Below, piece after piece: positions 58,393-64,000 of a stretch of 64,000 bases of DNA; within the stretch, counting starts at the first letter, position 1; each line of letters starts with the position of its first letter. A program made the position numbers and the translations under genes. Source of the DNA: Bacteroidota bacterium (GTDB lineage: Bacteria; Bacteroidota; Bacteroidia; Palsa-965); contig PLYR01000145.1 in assembly GCA_003153435.1 (NCBI GenBank), positions 20,034 to 84,033 on the forward strand. The letters run 5' to 3'. Below the pieces are notes generated by a model. That model was given only the letters and a program-made list of their open reading frames with translations. It searched no databases and was not told the origin of the DNA.

Positions 58393-60207
58393 TTAAGAAG
58401 CTACAATAGGGCTCGAAAATTCCATCTCCAGAATAGAGCTTTTTAATGCTTCTAGTTGTTCCTGCATTTTGGCCATCTTGTCATCCCATTCTAATCCCAT
58501 CCTATTAATTAAGGTTTTGTAATAACTAATACCATCTATCAGATTAGTTTGAAAAGCATTGAAATAGGTTAATTGCTTATTAGAAACATTCCTGGAACAC
58601 TTTTGCATCTGATCACGCAGGTAATCAGCATACATTTTTAGCTCATTTACAAACACATGGGGTCGGTAAACACTATTGGAAAGATTTTGTTTTCCATAAA
58701 TATGACCCACCATTTCTTTAAGAGAAGAGATTTTTGAAAAATAAGCCAGATTTGGTCCCGGACATATGTTAACGGCCTTTAGTTTGTGAGGGTCAGGAAT
58801 ATGATTTTGAAGTAACACACTGACAGAAAGCCCCTCACAAAGGCAGTCTTTCCCGGTTATCTTTTCAAATTCTTCGCTGTATTCTTCTTTTGTCAAGTCG
58901 CGCTTACCAAGTTGCTTTAGTTTCTTTTCTTGGTATTCACGTGAAGAAACGCAGATGGGTTGTTTTGTAAACTCTGTATTGGAGGATAAAAATTTCAGAT
59001 AACACGGGCTTCCTGCTCTGTTTTTTGCTATCCTGTTTTTTCTTTGAGTTTCTGAAGAGCTTTTTCTGAAATTGTTAAAGGGTGTCTCCAATGGGGAAGC
59101 ATCACTCAAAAAATAATCTTCCTGCTTAGCCTGTGATAGGGCTAACAGCGTTTCCTTATCTACATTCGTAACTTCTGGAACAAGAAGAAAAGGACTTCCC
59201 CAGCCAGTGCCATCCAGGTTGTAATAATTCCTTAAAAATTGATCTTCTTTGAAAGTACCAATACCTCCTTGGACGGTAATTCTGATTTGTTTTTGTTTGC
59301 TTGGATGATGGTTTTTTTTGCTAATTAAAGCATTTGAGTACAAGTCATGCATTTCAGTTTGTAGGGCTTCCTTCCTGAGCTTGAATTCTTCCAAAATCGG
59401 ACCCAGAAGGTATCCCTGTGTTGGAAAGGCATGCCCGCCACAATTTAAGCCAGATTCCACCCGGAACTCAGAGACCCACAATCCCTTTTTAGCAAGAAAC
59501 TTACCTTGAATAAAGGCGGAGCGGAAGTCGCTTACTTTTAAAATAATGTTCTTTTTAATATGACCATTTGAGTCGGGATAGAAATCGGGGAACTCCTCTA
59601 AGAATGAATATAACCGCGGATTCAAACCAGCAGAAAAGATAATGGAAGACATCAGATTACTTTTTGCATAGCCTCTAAGTGCAGAAACAGCATCATCGTA
59701 TTCCATCGGCAGCATTTCTCCTTCAGCAGTATAATTGCTGTTATTTAATTTGGTCATAATATTTACATCGATAGACCCTGGGCAAATAAGTTTTCGTAAT
59801 TCATTTTGCATGATTTCCTTCTGGTGCCCAACTGACCGTGTCATTTGAAGATATAACCGTTTTAAGGGAGCGGAATCAGGTAATAAGTGAAAATATTTAT
59901 CAAGTTCATTTCCTTCTTCAAAAGGCAATGTTTTTAATTCTTCCATCTGTTTGTTAACAATCCGTTGTACCAAATTCAGATAAGCGGTAATTCTTTTTGC
60001 TCTGTGGTCTATATCCCGCGAAGAAATTGGGATATATTCCTCTCCACTCTTGTGGCAATGAAAAGCCCTGATCTGTTCAATGAGATGATCCTGGATGATC
60101 GAAATGACGGAAGAAATCCCAAAGCGCGCTACTTTGACAGGGGTATCGATTGTGTAGCCCAACCCCATAACGGGAATGTGGAAAGTGTGTCCTGAGGAAT
60201 TATTCAT
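58393..60207 (-). CDS. Hypothetical 604-aa protein with Gly-rich motifs reminiscent of an FMN TIM barrel (PVMGLGYT, LNCGGHAFP, VQGGIGT)
   Basis: It is a long ORF. The start is placed at the ATG at 60207 (MNNSSGHTF) rather than the listed TTG. No confident family is assigned. Confidence 0.5.
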   Translation of the reverse strand: MNNSSGHTFHIPVMGLGYTIDTPVKVARFGISSVISIIQDHLIEQIRAFHCHKSGEEYIPISSRDIDHRAKRITAYLNLVQRIVNKQMEELKTLPFEEGNELDKYFHLLPDSAPLKRLYLQMTRSVGHQKEIMQNELRKLICPGSIDVNIMTKLNNSNYTAEGEMLPMEYDDAVSALRGYAKSNLMSSIIFSAGLNPRLYSFLEEFPDFYPDSNGHIKKNIILKVSDFRSAFIQGKFLAKKGLWVSEFRVESGLNCGGHAFPTQGYLLGPILEEFKLRKEALQTEMHDLYSNALISKKNHHPSKQKQIRITVQGGIGTFKEDQFLRNYYNLDGTGWGSPFLLVPEVTNVDKETLLALSQAKQEDYFLSDASPLETPFNNFRKSSSETQRKNRIAKNRAGSPCYLKFLSSNTEFTKQPICVSSREYQEKKLKQLGKRDLTKEEYSEEFEKITGKDCLCEGLSVSVLLQNHIPDPHKLKAVNICPGPNLAYFSKISSLKEMVGHIYGKQNLSNSVYRPHVFVNELKMYADYLRDQMQKCSRNVSNKQLTYFNAFQTNLIDGISYYKTLINRMGLEWDDKMAKMQEQLEALKSSILEMEFSSPIVAS

Positions 60208-60327
60208 GTAAAATAGCTTGGAGTGATGAACATTGACTAATCTTTCTGTCAAATTTTACACGAAATTAAATTTAATGGTCATAACAAACTATGATGCCGC
60301 TCATTGTTTCCGGTGTTTAAAGTGAGC

Positions 60328-62898
60328 CTAACCGCATTTTGCGTCACCACAATTTTTGCATTTAATACAACCTTCTTCAAATATCAAACCATCAGGACTT
60401 CCACATTCCAGGCATTTATGATCGACAGGTTGTGTGCCATCCGGGATATATTTTTTAAGCGCACGTTCTACACCCGCTCTCCAGGTATTGATACTCTCGT
60501 TGTGTAGGTTCAGGTTTTCAATAAGGTTGACTACGTGTGGAAGGGGCATTCCATGCCGAAGAACTCCGGAAATCAGTTTCGCGTAATTCCAGTATTCCTT
60601 ATTGAATGAGCGTGATAATCCCTCAATGCTGACTCTATAACCTTCCCTATCCATATATTGGAAATCATATCTTTTTGTACCGATATCGGTCCGATTTTTT
60701 ATGACCCAACCTTTTTCAACCCATTTGGGAATATTGAATGAATCTTCGGCCCGGCCAGTAAATACTTCGTAAGGTTTCCCATTCAATAAGCCTACGACTG
60801 CAATCCATTTTTCTTCATGATTTACAAAACGTACCACTTCTGCCTCTAAAGTCTGAGGTCTTTTGGGAGGGCGGGATTCAATTATTTCACTGGCTTCTTT
60901 CTTCTCATTTACAGCGACCAATACTCCTGTTCTGGAACCGTCACGATAAACGGTAATTCCTTTCAAACCCTTTTTCCAGGCTTCGAGGTAGATAAGGCCG
61001 ACGCTGTCAATCGAGACAGCATTGGCAAGGTTAATGGTAGAGCTGATGGAGTGTGTTGTATATTTTTGAACGATGGCTTGTAAATCAATGCGCTTACTCC
61101 AGTCAATTTCAGAGGCTGTTGAGCCTGCATAAGGGCTCTTTGTTATATCTGTTTTTCCAGTAACATCCATCCATGTTTTTAATTTAGGATGATAAACAGT
61201 AAACTCCTGCCAGGAATCTCCTTGTGGGTCGACGAAATCAACACGTGCGTTTTTGTCCTGAGGATTTACTTTTCTTCTTCTTTTGTAGGATAGCATAAAT
61301 ACAGGCTCTAATCCGGATGAGGATTGTGCCAGCATGCTCAAGGTTCCTGTGGGAGCAACCGTACTGATGGATATGTTGCGTCTTCCATGACGCATCATGC
61401 GGGAGTACACCTGTGGCAAATCTGTTTCTAGCATTTGAATAAACTCTGAGGAGTTTTCGATTTTGGGATTGAATCCTAAAAACTTACCTCGTTCAATGGC
61501 CATGTCTATGGAACTGTCAAACTCAGCTTCACATTTACATTTCATAATAGCTTCAACCTCTTTAAGAGCTTCAGGGGAATCGAATTTATGACCCAGCCCG
61601 GCCAGAGTATCTCCCAATGCTGTAAAACCCAGGCCTGTCCTTCTGCCTTTCTTACCAGTGTCATAAAGAAGTTTCCAGGTTTTTAATTCAACCTCCTTGA
61701 TATAATCAGGCTCTGCATCTTCTTTTATTTTTCCCAGAATGCGCTCAATAGCTTCTAGTTCCAGGTCTACCAGATCGTCCATAAGCCTTTGAGCTTCATA
61801 AGTTACTTCGTAGAATTTTTTAAAATCAAACTTTGCTTGGGGAGTGAAAGCATTATCGATGAAATTGAATAAGTTTAGAGCAATTAGTCTGCAGCTGTCC
61901 CCACCTTGCATGGCAATTTCTGAGCATGGATTTGTTGAAACATTTTTGAATCCGGGATAAAGGGAGGAAGTGGAGTGCAGATGTTGTCTATCCCAGAAAA
62001 TGAGCCCAGGCTCAGCAGTCTGGTGCGCGCATTTAATAATTGTATTCCATAATTCACTTGCTTTGACAACTTTTGAATATTTTGGTTCTGATGAATCAAT
62101 AGGCCATTTCAGAGTAAATTCCGAATCGCTGATTACAGCTTTCATGAATTGATCTGTGAGACGGATTGAGATATTCGCTCCAGTGATGCGGGACAAGTCC
62201 TGTTTGCTGGAAATAAATTGTTCAATATCCGGATGCGTAATATCGAGTGTAATCATTAAAGCTCCTCTTCTTCCATTTTGAGCCACCTCGCGTGTGGTAT
62301 TAGAGAACCTATCCATAAAAGAAACAGCCCCGGTTGTCGTACCTGCAGCATTTGAAACGGATGTGCCTGCGGGTCTTAATGAAGAAATATCAATCCCGAC
62401 CCCGCATCTTCTTTTAAATAGCTGCGCCAATTGCTGATCGGTGTAAAATATCCCACTATAAGAATCATATATTTCAGGAAGTACAATGCAGTTAGATAAT
62501 GAAGCAATCAAATTGGGATTACCCAGAGTGGACATTACGCTTCCCTGAGGAATGATATATTTAAAATCTTTGAAATAACTGAATATTTTAGATTCATCCA
62601 GAAAATCTCGTTTCTGGCCATATGTGGAAAGAAATCTAAAACTGCCATTCAGATGGGATTTAGCTCTATATTCTTTTTCTTTTCTCGCGAATTGATGTGC
62701 CATCCGGTGATGCATGTCATCAGGAGATAGCTCAAGTAATTGCCCCTTCTTGTTTTTCATTGCATATTTATTTATCCAGCTGGAAGCTGCAAGGTCATCT
62801 CCATGAAAATATTCTATGCACTTCTTTAGCACTGTGTCGTAAGAGAAATGGTCGGCTACCTTCTTTTTGGTTGTTTCTAATGGTTGCAGGGTTTTCAT
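60328..62898 (-). CDS. nrdJ: Ribonucleotide reductase catalytic subunit, class II-like (adenosylcobalamin-dependent), with a C-terminal CxxC...CxxC zinc ribbon
   Basis: It has the RNR active-site motif TNPCSEI. It is 856 aa and single-chain. No nrdB/nrdF is adjacent. The C-terminus is CLECGSPDGLIFEEGCIKCKNCG. Confidence 0.6.
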   Translation of the reverse strand: MKTLQPLETTKKKVADHFSYDTVLKKCIEYFHGDDLAASSWINKYAMKNKKGQLLELSPDDMHHRMAHQFARKEKEYRAKSHLNGSFRFLSTYGQKRDFLDESKIFSYFKDFKYIIPQGSVMSTLGNPNLIASLSNCIVLPEIYDSYSGIFYTDQQLAQLFKRRCGVGIDISSLRPAGTSVSNAAGTTTGAVSFMDRFSNTTREVAQNGRRGALMITLDITHPDIEQFISSKQDLSRITGANISIRLTDQFMKAVISDSEFTLKWPIDSSEPKYSKVVKASELWNTIIKCAHQTAEPGLIFWDRQHLHSTSSLYPGFKNVSTNPCSEIAMQGGDSCRLIALNLFNFIDNAFTPQAKFDFKKFYEVTYEAQRLMDDLVDLELEAIERILGKIKEDAEPDYIKEVELKTWKLLYDTGKKGRRTGLGFTALGDTLAGLGHKFDSPEALKEVEAIMKCKCEAEFDSSIDMAIERGKFLGFNPKIENSSEFIQMLETDLPQVYSRMMRHGRRNISISTVAPTGTLSMLAQSSSGLEPVFMLSYKRRRKVNPQDKNARVDFVDPQGDSWQEFTVYHPKLKTWMDVTGKTDITKSPYAGSTASEIDWSKRIDLQAIVQKYTTHSISSTINLANAVSIDSVGLIYLEAWKKGLKGITVYRDGSRTGVLVAVNEKKEASEIIESRPPKRPQTLEAEVVRFVNHEEKWIAVVGLLNGKPYEVFTGRAEDSFNIPKWVEKGWVIKNRTDIGTKRYDFQYMDREGYRVSIEGLSRSFNKEYWNYAKLISGVLRHGMPLPHVVNLIENLNLHNESINTWRAGVERALKKYIPDGTQPVDHKCLECGSPDGLIFEEGCIKCKNCGDAKCG

Positions 62899-63108
62899 GA
62901 TTCTTTTTTATTTGTTTTTAAGATATCGGTGAATTTCGGATGCAAGGTATAGATGGAAATTCCAGTTCCGAATTTCAATTTTTAACATTCCATTCTACTT
63001 GTAAACAAAAGTATTTTTGCTCATAAAAAAGTATGAGCAGAGTCATGTTATTTTCATAAGGCATGTGTTTGGATTTTGTGAACTTGATTCTAATGGAAAA
63101 TAAAAATC

Positions 63109-64000
63109 TCAAGCTTCAAGCAAACGGGATTGTTCGCGTCTTTTTCTTTCTTCAGTTAACATGCTCAATTCACGTCCAATCTGGCCTTCGATGGATGTAT
63201 TTTCCTGAGCTCTTCGGATGAGGTAGGGGATAACGGATTTAATGGGACCGTAGGGAAGATATTTTGTTACGTTATAACCAGCATCAGCTAGGTTAAAGGT
63301 AATGTGATCACTCATTCCATAGAGTTGTGAAAAATAAACATGTGGGTGATCCGGCGGAATAGATAACTCTCGCATTCTTTTGATGACATACAGAGTGCTT
63401 GCTTCATTATGGGTTCCTGCGCAAAGTGTCACCATTTCAATATTCTCCAAGCAGAGGTCTATTGCCGAATCAAAGTCTCTGTCAGTATCTTCTTTTCGAA
63501 TGTGAATGGGAGATGTATAACTCAGTTTGATTGCACGGGCATTTTCTTTTTCCAGATATGCACCACGGACTAATTTGATACCTATAAGAAAATGTCTCTC
63601 TTTAGCCTTTTGGATCAACTTGCTTAGATAATCCAGTTTGTCGCGCCTGTACATTTGAAGAGTGGTTAAGACAATGGCATTTTCTTTGTTATATTTTTCC
63701 ATTAGTTCCTCACTTAAAATGTCGATGATATTTTGCACCCAGGTTTCTTCGGCATCAAAATAAATTGGAACGATTTTGTTCATTGCAGCTTTACAAATGG
63801 AGTCTAGTCGGGCATAAAACCACGCATACTCAACTTCCTCTGAAATGGTTAATGGGGAGAATCCTCCTTTTTTTTCAAGGAGTTCACTACGACCAATTCC
63901 GGTTAACTTTAGACTAGTATATGGAATAGCCTTATTTCCAGAAGCAATGGAAATAATTTTAATAAGTTCATCTTTACAGTGTTCAAAATCTTCCTCGTTC
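63109..64000 (-). CDS. Proline dehydrogenase. It is 5'-truncated by the window edge: the frame is open to base 64000.
   Basis: It has LYGMSDHITFNLADAGYNVTKYLPYGPIKSVIPYLIRRAQEN, the PRODH C-terminal signature. The ORF continues upstream of the listed Met through to the window end. Confidence 0.75.
   Translation of the reverse strand, partial: NEEDFEHCKDELIKIISIASGNKAIPYTSLKLTGIGRSELLEKKGGFSPLTISEEVEYAWFYARLDSICKAAMNKIVPIYFDAEETWVQNIIDILSEELMEKYNKENAIVLTTLQMYRRDKLDYLSKLIQKAKERHFLIGIKLVRGAYLEKENARAIKLSYTSPIHIRKEDTDRDFDSAIDLCLENIEMVTLCAGTHNEASTLYVIKRMRELSIPPDHPHVYFSQLYGMSDHITFNLADAGYNVTKYLPYGPIKSVIPYLIRRAQENTSIEGQIGRELSMLTEERKRREQSRLLEA

Noticed and set aside
62899-63108. Cobalamin riboswitch upstream of the class II RNR gene
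   Set aside because: I could not locate the conserved B12-box or GCCACTG core elements by eye. It is left as an open check and not called as a feature.

Overview
This is a 64-kb chromosomal window from a probable Bacteroidota genome. Supporting signals are T9SS C-terminal sorting domains (type A and type B), SprB-type repeats, SPII lipoprotein signals, a TonB-dependent receptor with a DUF4249 partner, and barrel proteins ending in Phe.

Contents on the window coordinates, in order:
- 1-6.6 kb: a translationally coupled lipid/pigment-tailoring module. It holds a GT2 glycosyltransferase with a DUF2062 tail, a triple-fusion MMPL-exporter/PlsC-acyltransferase/SAM-methyltransferase, and a CrtI-like FAD oxidoreductase.
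- 6.6-10.8 kb: a small CxxCH lipoprotein, a beta-propeller/Y_Y_Y LytS-type sensor kinase and a LytTR regulator, in tandem.
- 10.8-15.1 kb: a leuA(short)-leuC-leuD-leuB operon.
- 15.2-19.9 kb: an orphan helical 534-aa protein, a DUF4249 lipoprotein and a TonB-dependent receptor.
- 20.1-26.5 kb: a 2105-aa SprB-repeat adhesin with a T9SS type-B CTD.
- 27-45 kb: a hypoxia/NO/sulfide-type stress island. It holds two paralogous REC-cNMP-HTH (CRP-output) response regulators and two PAS kinases. It holds a TerB-hemerythrin-DoxX-Usp-Nramp operon. It holds c-type cytochromes and a porin-like OMP. It holds a persulfide-dioxygenase-rhodanese fusion and a YHS lipoprotein. It holds a CoA-transferase, an AI-2E transporter, a CHAD protein and a holin-X-like membrane protein.
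- 45.2-48.1 kb: an Mla-type MCE/ABC lipid-transport operon.
- 48.1-49.5 kb: an odd non-genic interval. It holds a 21-bp tandem-repeat array open in four reading frames, an Hsp20 C-terminal remnant, a perfect 23-bp-stem hairpin and a PhnA-domain gene.
- 49.5-58.2 kb: a T9SS type-A cargo protein, tryptophanase, two cytochromes c, hemN, a thioredoxin-like protein, an FNR-like regulator and an NnrS-like membrane protein.
- 58.4-64 kb: a 604-aa unknown protein, a class II-like ribonucleotide reductase and a 5'-truncated proline dehydrogenase.

Several FNR/CRP-type palindromes (TGAT/TGAC-N4-ATCA/GTCA) sit in promoter regions of the stress and anaerobic genes.

No transposases, integrases, tRNAs, rRNAs or CRISPR arrays were recognised.
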